DNA of 64,000 bases from the human T2T-CHM13v2.0 reference genome, Homo sapiens: NCBI RefSeq assembly GCF_009914755.1, contig NC_060931.1. One strand, given 5' to 3'. Made by a program: the position numbers and the translations under genes. The notes under the pieces were generated by a model, which did not search any database, was not told the DNA's origin, and was given only the letters and a program-made list of their open reading frames with translations. Shown here piece after piece: positions 42,851 to 52,950 of the stretch (position 1 is the stretch's first letter; each line of letters begins with the position of its first letter).

Positions 42851-43139
42851 GAACTTTGGAGAGGGTAAGAGGAAGGAAAGGAAAAAGAAGAAAATGGGTT
42901 CAGTAGTTAGGAGGCAATTCCAATTTTTACCTTTATAGAGTTTATGAGGACTTCATGACAAGTATCTAATTTTCATGTTGAGCACCTTTGAGCTTCATAT
43001 CATGCTCTTATTGACCTTCTAAGAGCAAAAGGGTTGCAACACTTTTGTTACCTCATGAGGAGACTTTAGCTCAAGGATTGGGACCTGAAGTTCTCTGGAG
43101 AATGATTCCAGACCTCTGAGGGTAAGATTCATCACTAAT

Positions 43140-43243
43140 TTATCTCTGCATCTCCAGCACTTAGCTACTTAGTCCTAACATACGAAAACTATTATCTCTG
43201 CATCTGCAGCACTCAGATACTTTGTCCTAACATATGAAAACTA
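43140..43243. repeat. 52-bp tandem duplication in an L2 3' end
   Basis: ttatctctgcatct...aaaacta twice, 5 mismatches. Confidence 0.9.
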
Positions 43244-43394
43244 TTCATTAATTCAGTGTTTGTTGAATGAATAAATAAAATGTGGGTACATTAATATAGG
43301 AAGGAGCTGAAGAAGGTATGAAAATTTCAAAAGAATTGGAAACATGAGGTTTGCAATATAAGGAATTAAAAGAAAACTCTGTATAAGTTTTGGC

Positions 43395-43569
43395 AGTGTT
43401 TGCTTCATGGGTAGTGACGTGCACTCACACAGGGCCCCAGGCTTTGGAAGGTTTCACGTTTAGTTTAATGCTCGGCTGTTGGGATTCTGAAATTCTTAAT
43501 ACTTTTTTTTAACAAGGGTCCTACATTTTCATTTTGCACTGGGCCCTGCAAATTACTTAGCCAGTCCTG
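43395..43569. mobile_element. MER91A-like hAT-Tip100 element
   Basis: cattttcattttgcactgggccctgcaaatta...ccagtcctg. Confidence 0.7.
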
Positions 43570-45429
43570 TGTACAGATGGTGGAAGTAAATGGGAAATTA
43601 AATATTTAGAAAGTGTTTGGAAGGATGAAGTTGCACTTGAGGGTTACATCTGGATAAAAGTGAGAAATTGGGCCTTTGGAATCTTTTTTTCATGTGCTTC
43701 TATTTAAACTGAAATAAGCCAGTACATACATTCCTTTCTAATCCTTATTTTTAGATTAGGAAACAGACTGACAGCTGACCTGTGGCAGCAAAAAAATTAT
43801 TGGTATAATTCCATCAGAAAAACATCAGTGTAAACAGCTGTCCACTGAGTGGGAAAACAAGAAATAGAAAAAAAAATTCAACCAGTTGTTTGCAATAGCA
43901 GATTATAATTTCAGCTGAAATTATGATGATTATGATGGAAAGAATTGCAATGTGTGCTGAGATCAACGTTTTATGTGTGTAGAATTCAACACCAAGTTTA
44001 CATTTACTTTTTGGTAATAAATGATTTTTAACTACCTCAGTACATAAATGAAAGTGGTCATTAAGACTGAAATTTAGCAAGTGATAAAATGGGACTTATT
44101 TCTACTGATCTGCCATTTTGTATGTAGACATTTGTGTTTATGCGTATATTTATGCATGCATATATTTACGTAACATATATTAATGTGGAAGAGGGAATAG
44201 CATGTGTCAAGCATCTTGGGAAAGAAAGGAACATGGTAAATTCTGGCCATTGACTGGTAAAGGAAACATCAAAAAGGAACTCGGTTTATGGTGGGAATAT
44301 TATAAGTCTGATTTCAGAAGCACATAAAATGTTGAATCCCAAGTGCTTTAAAGGAGATGTAATAAGTAATCTTTTTGACACATGCATTTGGAGATAAAAG
44401 GAAATGTCTGGTCTGGAGACAAGAATTTGAAAGAATTACCTGTGTGTAATCAGTGATTGAGGTCTTAGTCATCAATGAGATCACCTAAGCAAAGAAAATA
44501 CGGGAGAGAGAAGAAAAGAGGCAGCCACCAATCCTTGTAGAATAGATAGGTCTGCTTGTGTGACTGAGAAGGGCTGGGGGCAGAGAGCTGGGGAAGAAGA
44601 ACCTGAACTATGTCAGGAACAGATGCTGAGGGAAAAGATTATTTTAAGAAGAAGCAATAGTGGAGTCAAGAGCTACAAGTAGGTACAATAAGATGAGAAC
44701 AGAGACATGTTCATTAGATTAAGTATCACAGAGGTCATCAGGAAAGAGACAGGCTGGGGTAGGTTGAGGAGTGGGTGGGATAAAAACGGCAGAAATGCAC
44801 TCTTGCTGTTGTTCTGCCTCTTTCTCTCCCTCCTTCTCTGGTTGAAAGCTACAAAGAATCAAACCATGCCATTCTCCATTTTGCTCACTCACTTTGTTGA
44901 GAAAGCTTGAGACATATCTCGAGGTGTCTAGGAAGAAACAATTTTCCTGCTGGATTGATGAAAAAAGGTGAGACAGAAAAGGTGACTTCCCTGGACTCAG
45001 TTTCAGCTCCAAGTCTTTGGGAATGATGCTTGGAGTTGGGAAAGCCACTGAGGAAATGGGCTAAAGTGTTTCCTTTTGAGAAGGCAAAGAGTTTCAGTGC
45101 AGTATTTGTGGTCTCATGTGGGGAAGACCTAATTCGTGTGTCCATGCCAGGACTCAGAACCAAGAGGAAGTGTGTGGCTGGTGTGCTCTCCACTGAGAGG
45201 TCACGTGCCAACTGGGGACTAGGGTGAGGTCCTGGCATTACTGCAAAGTAAGTGGCCTCCTGGTTATTGCAAATGACCAGAGCCCATGGAGGCGCAGGTT
45301 TCACATTCAGTCTCAAATTTGAACTTACATCACTGACTCTCACTGAGTCCAAAATCACAGCCTCAGAAGTATACAAGCAGGACTGGAAAAAAGTCAGCTG
45401 AAAACTGAAAATCTGTTTTGTTGCTTATC

Positions 45430-45600
45430 AGCCCAGGCAAGCTGATGAACATCTCTGCCTCAGCTTCCTTGTCTTTGAAATACCGGTAATAGAATCTACT
45501 TGATAAGATTGAGGGGAAAATTAAATGACATAATATATAAAAAGTACTTTGAGCAGCGTCTAACATACAGTAAGCACTCAGTAAATGTAAGCTGTTTTTA
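45430..45600 (+). mobile_element. MIR
   Basis: tctgcctcagcttcctt...attaaatga...gtaagcactcagtaaatg. Confidence 0.75.
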
Positions 45601-46558
45601 TTTTTATTTCTACCAGACACTTGTGAACAACAGCATGATTATATTAGATCATATTTCGGGTATGAAACATCAATTTGTTAAATGTAAATATTTTAAAAAT
45701 ACCATCATATCTGTGACCTATTTTGACATTTATTGATACATCTTTTAATATACCAGAGCCTTAAAACAATCCAAGAGGTTTGGATTGGTCTCTACCTCTG
45801 AGTGGATTTGACAATGATCACTAAAGCAGAACTGCCTGTAGAAACTGAATGTGAAAGAAAGCAGTGATGGAGAATGAGAAAGAGGTGATTGTCTTCCTAA
45901 TTGCTAGAAGTGTCTTGAATGCCAACCCTCTATTGTTCTTTAAAAGGTACTTGATATGGTGATAAAATAACTGTTGCAGCACTATTCATGTCAACGTCAT
46001 TGTTATTCAAACAATCAGGACCAGTTGGAAACTGTCTTCAGGCACTTGATACATAGGCAAGGCTAGCTCTCAGTATTTCTGTAAGCAAATGGGACTGTTG
46101 AAGGTTGCTTTGTGAATTACATTTCAAACTACAGAACTGTAGCCAGCCCACAAGGGATATTAGCAGTTCCACTGCTTATCAACTAGAATTAGAGTTTGGG
46201 GGCTAAGACTGGAGTCTCTGGAAAAAGGAGGGAAAAAACATCTAGCTTGATGATTGGGCAGAAAACTCCAACTTTCCACAGGAAAAAAAATTGCTAAAAG
46301 AAAGGGTAAATTACTGGACATGATTATTCATACCAGGTGAACTAGTCTTTGGAAATTCAGAGCTGATGAAATATATATTTTAGCTGATGGAATATGTATT
46401 TTAATATATATTTTAGTAGCAATGACAGCTTTACTACTTTTTAGTATTGTCAAATAAAGAAAATATTCACAGTAAGTTTTGGTATTTCTGAGTACCAATT
46501 TATTTCTTCGAAAAGGCATTCTACCTACCTGAAAGATAGTGGCACTCACCCTGGACTA

Positions 46559-46961
46559 ATTCACTCGCGTCCGTGTGAAGAGACCACCAAACAGGCTTTG
46601 TGTGAGCAATAAAGCTGTTTATTTCACCTGGGTGCAGGCGGGCTGAATCCAAAAAGAGAGTCAGCGAAGGGAGATGGGGTGGGGCCCTTCTGTAGGATTT
46701 GGGTAGGTAAAGGAAAAAGGGGGGTTTTTCTCCGGTGGGCAGGAGTGGGGGTCACAAGGTGCTCAGTAGGGTAGCTTTTGAGCCAGGATGAGCCAGGAGA
46801 AGGAATTTCAGAAGATAATGTCATCAGTTAAGGCAGGAACAGGCCATTTTCACTTCTTTTGTGGTGGAATGTCATCAGTTAAGGCAGGAACTGGCCATCT
46901 GGATGTGTACATGCAGGTCACAGGGGATATGATGGCTTAGATTGGGCTCGGAGGCCTGACA
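46559..46961 (-). mobile_element. 3' LTR (LTR7)
   Basis: Minus starts TGTCAGGCCTC; AATAAA at 46618-46623 (minus); preceded by the PPT. Confidence 0.96.
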
Positions 46962-46974
46962 TTCCTGTCTTCTT
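46962..46974 (-). other. Polypurine tract
   Basis: AAGAAGACAGGAA abutting the 3' LTR. Confidence 0.9.
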
Positions 46975-48029
46975 ATATTAATAAGAAAAATAAAATGAAA
47001 TAGTGGTAAAGTGTTGGGACGGTGAAAATTTCTGGGGGGTGGTATGGAGAGATAATGGGCGATGTTTCTCAGGGCTTCTTTGAGTGGGATTAGGGGCGGC
47101 GTGGGAACCTAGAGTGGGAGAGATTAAGCTGAAGGAAGATTTTGTGGTAAGGGGTGATATTGTGGGGTTGTTAGAAGAAACATTTGTCATTTAGAATTAT
47201 TGGTGATGACCTGGATACAGTTTTGTATGAATTGAAAAACTAAACGGAATAAGAGAAGGAGAAAAACAGTATTAAAGGACTAAGAATTGGGAGGACCTAG
47301 GACATCTAATTAGTGCCTAAGGAGGTTCAACATAGCCTTGCCAGCAAAGAGTATTTATTTACTTTAAGAGTTCAGAGTGGCGGTTTGGGGATAGCACCAG
47401 CAGATATCAGCTGTGATGGCTTGGAGAAACAGTGTAAACTGGCAGTGTAAACAAGAGCAGGGCATGTATGAGTAGTTGAGAACGGTGAATAGCAGTATGA
47501 CTAGACAGAAGATAGTAGGGATGACAAGTTTTTTGGGGCACAGTCCAAGTTGGTCTGGTGTCTGGAATGAGACTGGGGCCTAATAAAAAGGAGCATCTAT
47601 ACAGGAGCTCAAATGGGCTGTACCTTGTAGCATTCTGAGGACAGGCCTGAATTCTGAGAAGGGAAAGTGGTAAAAGTATTGTCCAGTCCTTTTTAAATTG
47701 GTGGCTGAGCTTGGTGAGGTGTGTTTTTAAAAGACCATTAGTCTGTTCTACCTTTCCTGAAGACTGAGGACTGTAAGGGATATAAAGGTTTCACTGAATA
47801 CTAAGAGTCTGAAAAAATGCTTGGCTGATTTGACTAATAAAGGCCGGTCTGCTATCAGACTGTATAGAGGTGGGAAGGCCGAACTGAGGAATTATGTCTG
47901 ACAGAAGGGAAGAAATGACCGTGGTGGCCCTCTTAGATCCTGTGGGAAAGGCTTCTACCTATCCAGTGAAAGTGTCTACCTAGACCAAGAGGTATTTTAG
48001 TTTCCTGACTCGGGGCATGTTGAGTAAAG

Positions 48030-48722
48030 CTAATTTGCCAGTCCTGGGCAGGGGCAAATCCCTGAGCTTGAAGTGTAGGGAAGGGAGGGGGCCTGAATAA
48101 TCCCTGAGGAGTAGTAGAATAGCAGATGGAACACTGAGAAGTTATTTCCTTGAGAATAGATCTCTACAATGGAAAGGAAATGAGAGGTTCTAAGAGGCAG
48201 GCTAGTGGCTTGTGCTATAGCATAGCCTGCCTTTGCTGGTGTGTGGCGATTAGGCCTGGTGGAACTGCCATCAATAAACCAAGTGTGATCAGGGTGAGAA
48301 ACAGGGAAGAAGGAAATGTGGGGAAATGGGGTGAACGTCAGGTGGATCAGAGAGATGCAGTCATGAGGGTCAGGTGTGGTATCTGGGATAATGTGGGAGG
48401 CTGGATTGAAGTCCAGGCCAGGAACAATGGTAATTGTGGGAGACTCAACAAAGAGTGAGTACAGCTGAAGGAGCCAGGGAGCAGAAAGTATATGCATCAG
48501 GTGTGAGGAAGAAAATAGATTTTGGAAATTATGAGAGCTGTAGAGAGTGAGTTGAGCATAGTTTGTGATTTTAAGGGCCTCTAAAAGTATTAGGGCAGCA
48601 GCAGCCGCTGCACGGAGACATGATGGCCAGCCTAAAACAGTAAGGTCAAGTTGTTTGGACAAAATGGCTACTGGACATGATCCCAGTCCTTGTGTAAGAA
48701 TTCCGACTGCATAGTCCTGCAC
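48030..48722 (-). pseudogene. pol: HERV-H pol relic (connection/RNase H N-terminus)
   Basis: SKQLDLTVLGWPSCLRA...WFIDGSS...AKAGYAI, after which RNase H homology stops. Confidence 0.88.
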
Positions 48723-48981
48723 TTCAGCTGTGTGTAATGAAAAGGTTGAGATGAGTCAGGGAGAGCTAGGGTGGGGGCAGTCTCTAAAGCTGTCTTCAAG
48801 GAACGGAAAGAGGAGTGGGGAAAGGATTTAGGATCTATGGGGTCAGCTAGGTTTCCTTTTGTGAGTTTATATAATGGTTTTGTTAGGATGGCAAAACCAG
48901 GTATCCAAAGGCGAAAGTATCCAACTATGCCCAGGAAGGAAAGGAGCTGTTGTTTTGTAGAAGGGGTTGGGGTTTGAGAGA

Positions 48982-49638
48982 TTAGTCAGACACAATCGGC
49001 AGGGAGAGCACGTGTGTTTTTATGAGAATTATGCTGAGATAGGTAACAGATAAGGAAGAAATTTGGGCTTGACTGAAGTAATGGGGGCTGTCTGTGAAGC
49101 TTTGTGGCAGTACAGCCCAGGTAATTTGCTGAACCTGATGGGTGTCAGGGTCAGCCCAAGTGAAAGCGGAGAGAGGCTGGGATGAAGCATGCAAAGGAAT
49201 AGTAAAGAAAGCAAGTTTGAGATCCAGAACAGAATAATGGATTGTGGAGGGAGGTATTGAGGATAGGAGAGTATATGGGTTTGGCACCACGGGGTGGATA
49301 GGAAAAACAATTTGGTTGATAAGGCATAGATCCTGAACTAACTTGTAAGGCTTATCTGGTTTTAGGACAGGTAAAATGGGGGAATTGTAAGGAGAGTTTA
49401 TAGGCTTTAAAAGGCCATGCTGTAGCAGGCGAGTGATAGCAGGCTTTAATCCTTTCAAAGCATGCTGTGGGATGGGATATTGGCATTGAGCGGGGTAAGG
49501 GTGATTAGGTTTTAATGAGATGGTAAGGGGTGCATGATCCCAAGGAGGGAGTAGAGGTATCTTATACTTGTGGGTTAAGGTGGGCGGATACAAGAGGAGG
49601 ACGCAAAGGAGGGTTTGGATTGGGAAGAAGGGCGGCAA
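48982..49638 (-). pseudogene. pol: HERV-H pol relic (RT N-terminus, YxDD deleted)
   Basis: QYPI, SPYNSPILPVLKP, LVQDL, AFFTIPL, LPQSFTDSP; reads FSQA-QISS with no YVDD. Confidence 0.92.
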
Positions 49639-49699
49639 TGAGATGTAGCTGTAGTCCAGGAATTGTCAGGGAAGCAGATAATTTAGTTAAAGTGTCTCG

Positions 49700-49984
49700 G
49701 CCTAATAAGGGAACTGGGCAGGTGGGGATAACTAAAAAGGAGTGCTTAAAAGAGTATTGTTAAAGTTGGCACCAGAGTTGGGGAGTTTTAAGAGGTTTAG
49801 AAGCCTGGCTGTCAATACCCACAACAGTTATGGAAGCAAGGGAAACAGGCCCTTGAAAAGAAGGTAATGAGTGGGTAGCCTCCGTATTGATTAAGAAGAG
49901 GACGGACTTACCCTTCACTGTGAGAGTTACCTAAAGCTCGGCGTCCACGATGGTCTATGGGGCTTCTGAGGCGATCGGGCAGCG
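49700..49984 (-). pseudogene. pro: HERV-H protease relic
   Basis: Minus frame LTVKGKSVLFLINTEATHS; catalytic DTGA reads NTEA at 49877-49888. Confidence 0.8.
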
Positions 49985-50400
49985 TCAGTCTTCAGCCGCT
50001 AAGCCGAGAAGATCTGGGAAGGAGTCAGTCAGAGAGCCTTGGGCCAGAGTTCCAGGGGCTCTGGGAGTGGCTGGCAGGTGAGTTGAACAGTCCAATTTCC
50101 AGTAGGGTCCCGCACAGATGGGACATGGCTTAGGAGGAATCCCAGGCTGTGGGCATTCCTTGGCCTGGTGGCCAGATTTCTTGCACTTGTAGCAAGCTCC
50201 TGGGGGAGGTGGTTCTGGAGGAAGCCTGGCCACTGCGGTTTAGGCGTTTGGAAGTTCTTGTGTGCTGGAGATGTGGCTGGGGTTTGTCTCACAGTGGAGG
50301 CAAGGAATTGCAACTCAGAAATATGTTGCTTCTTGGCTGCATCTGCTCTATCATTGTACACTTTGAAGGTGAGGTTAATTAAGTCCTGTTGTGGGGTTTG
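49985..50400 (-). pseudogene. gag: HERV-H gag C-terminal (nucleocapsid) relic
   Basis: CCHC knuckle [14 protein letters not shown]; second knuckle [13 protein letters not shown] (H to Y); ends LGLAAED-stop; frameshifted upstream. Confidence 0.9.
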
Positions 50401-51523
50401 AGGGCCGGAATTTAACTTTTGGAGTTTTATTTAATGTTAGGAGCAGATTGGGTAATAAAATGTATATTGAGAATAAGACAGCCTTTTGACCTTTTAGGGT
50501 CTAGGGCTATAAAGCGTCTCAGGGTTGCTGCCGAACGAGCCATGAACTGGGCTGGGTTTTTATATTTGATGAAAAAGAGCCTAAACACTATCTGATTTGG
50601 GATAAAGAAAAAGGAGCATTAACCTTGACTATGCCTTTAGCTCCAGCCACCTTTTTAAGAGTAAATTGCTGGGCAAGTGGGGGAGGGCTAGTCATGGAAG
50701 GAAACTGTAAGCCGGACCAGGTGTGAGAAGGGGAGGTGATAAAAGGATTATAGGGTGGAGGAGTGGAGGCTGAGAAAGAATTGGGACTTAGCTCGGCCTG
50801 GCGAGGAGGGGAGAGGTCAGATGCGTCTGTAAAAAAGGAAGATTAGAAAGACACAGCGACGCTTGGGGTTGGGACTGAGGGGACAGGTGGGAGGGAAAGA
50901 AGGAAGATTTGGGATGAGTTGCATTGGGAACAGAGACTAGAGAGGGACGGATGTGTAAAAGAATGCCTGGACGTCAGGCACCTCAGACTGTTTGCCTATT
51001 TTACGACAAGAATTATTTAGATCTTGTAGGATGGAAAAATTGAAAGTGCTGTTTTCCAGCTATTTGGAACTACTGTCAAATTTGTATTGGGGTCAAGCAG
51101 CATTGCAGAAGAAAATAAGATGCTTAGATTTTAGGCCAGGTGAGAGTAGAAGAGGTTTTAAGTTCTTAAGAACACAGGCTAAGGGAGAAGAAGGAGGAAT
51201 GGAAGGTGGAAGCTTGCCCATAGTGAAGGAGGCAAGCCCAGAGAAAAGAGTAGAGACACGGAGAAGGGGTGGGGGGTTCTTGCCCTCCAGAAAAGCAGAG
51301 AAGGGGTTGCAGCATGGAAATAAGGGGAAGGCTGCCTTCCCTAGTCTGTGACCCGCGCCAGAGTTTTGGGTCCACGGATAAAATGTGTCTCCTTTGTCTC
51401 TACCAGAAAATGAAAGGAATTGAAATTAAGAGAAGGGAGAGATTGAAGTGTGGCGCCAAGATTGAAAGGAGAAAGAGGTTGAGGGATAGTGAGGGAAGTT
51501 GGAGAAGAGAGTAAAAAGAGGCC

Positions 51524-51532
51524 GCTTACCAG
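51524..51532 (-). promoter_or_regulatory. HERV-H leader splice donor
   Basis: CTG|GTAAGC about 145 nt downstream of the 5' LTR. Confidence 0.75.
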
Positions 51533-51655
51533 ATTTGAAATTGGTGAGGTGTTTCTTGGGCTGGTCGGTCTGAGGACCTGAGGTCGTAGGTGGATCTTTC
51601 TCATGGAGCAAAGAGCAGGAGGACAGGGGATTGATCTCCCAAGGGAGGTCCCCCG

Positions 51656-51673
51656 ATCCAAGTCAGGGCACCA
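51656..51673 (-). other. Primer binding site, tRNA-His
   Basis: TGGTGCCCTGACTTGGAT, 16/18 to TGGTGCCGTGACTCGGAT. Confidence 0.92.
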
Positions 51674-51675
51674 AA

Positions 51676-52080
51676 TTTCACTCGTGTCCATATGAAGAGA
51701 CCACCAAACAGGATTTGTGTGAGCAATAAAGCTGTTTATTTCACCTGGGTGCAGGCGGGCTGAGTCCGAAAAGAGAGTCAGAGAAGGGAGATAGGGGTGG
51801 GGCCATCTTACAGGATTTGGGTAGGTAAAGGAAAAAGGGGGGTTGTTCGCTGGCGGGCAGGAGTGGGGGGTCACAAGGTGCTCAGTAGGGGAGCTTTTGA
51901 GCCAGGATGAGCCAGGAGAAGGAATTTCAGAAGATAATGTCATCAGTTAAGGCAGGAACAGGCCATTTTCACTTCTTTTGTGGTGGAATGTCATCAGTTA
52001 AGGCAGGAACTGGCCATCTGGATGTGTACGTGCAGGTCACAGTGGATATGATGGCTTAGCTTGGGCTCAGAGGCCTGACA
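51676..52080 (-). mobile_element. 5' LTR (LTR7)
   Basis: TGTCAGGCCTCTGAGCCCAAGC...GAGTGAAA; duplicated GTTCCTGCCTTAACTGATGACATT in U3. Confidence 0.96.
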
Positions 52081-52305
52081 CGTAGGACTTAGCAAAGCTA
52101 AAGCTTCAGCCTACGGGGGGTAAAACTAGTTCATAGTGAATTCCACAGGGAGAAATCCAGCCCCAGGTGCACACAGGAGCAGAGAGGGAAGGCTCCCATT
52201 TTGAAGCTCTGGGCCAAGGAGTTGTACTTTGAACAGAGGGCTGTCTTCTCAGGAATAGTCTTAACTTCAATAACTTGGAGGGGAAATTGCTATGTGTGTG
52301 GGGCT

Positions 52306-52785
52306 CAGTGGTCCCCAACCTTTTTGGCACCAGGGACCAATAATTTTTCCGTGGACTTGGGAGGGTTAGGGGGTGGGGGATGGTTTCCGGATGATTCCAG
52401 TACATGACATTTATTGTGCACTTTATTCCTAATATTGCATTGTAATATATAATGAAATAATTATGCCACTCACCATAATGTAGAATCAGTGGGAGCCCTG
52501 AGCTTGTTTTCCTGGAACTAGACTGTCCCATCTGGAAATAATGGGAGACAGTGACAGATCATTAGGCATTAGATACTCATAAGGAGTATGCAACCTAGAT
52601 CCCTCACATGCGCAGTTCCCAATAGGGTGTGCCCTTCTATGAGAATCTAATGCCATCCACTGATCTGACAAGAGGCGGAGCTCAGGTGGTGATGAAGCTT
52701 TGCTCACTCACCTGCCGCTCACCTCCTTCTGTGTGACCCAGTACGCCCTGGTACTGATCTGTGGCATGGGGGCTGAGGACCCCTG
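52306..52785 (+). mobile_element. MER1A hAT-Charlie element
   Basis: CAGTGGTCCCCAACCTTTTTGGCACCAGGGACC...GAGGACCCCTG. Confidence 0.88.
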
Positions 52786-52799
52786 CTCTAGCTCTCATT

Positions 52800-52950
52800 T
52801 TATATAAATTTTATTTACCCAGAGAATAGGTACTATATCCCCATTACAAAAATAAGAAAATGGAGGCTCAGAGACTGTCTGGGACTTGTCCCAGGTCACA
52901 CAGCTGTTAATTTGGCAGGAGTGGGTGGGGCTGGGATCAAACCCCAAATC
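52800..52950 (-). mobile_element. MIR
   Basis: gaggctcagaga...gacttgtcccaggtcacacagct. Confidence 0.7.

Larger units (their letters stand above)
46559..52080 (-). mobile_element. HERV-H provirus, deleted ~5.5 kb (RTVL-H-type) form
   Basis: Two ~404-bp LTR7 copies, His PBS, PPT, gag zinc knuckles, pro/RT/RNase H relics, almost no env. Confidence 0.97.

Noticed and set aside
43140-43243. Repeat pairs here and at 8779 as a CRISPR-like array
   Set aside because: Only two copies, no unique spacers, eukaryotic context; simple local duplications
44885-45376. 163-aa minus-strand ORF
   Set aside because: No recognisable homology or exon context; plausible by chance in 64 kb with alternative starts allowed
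51656-51673. tRNA-His-complementary sequence as a tRNA gene
   Set aside because: Only 18 nt; it is the retroviral PBS
51341-51943. 200-aa ORF across the 5' LTR and leader
   Set aside because: Starts in U3 upstream of the expected TSS and has no recognisable domain; chance open frame in LTR/leader sequence
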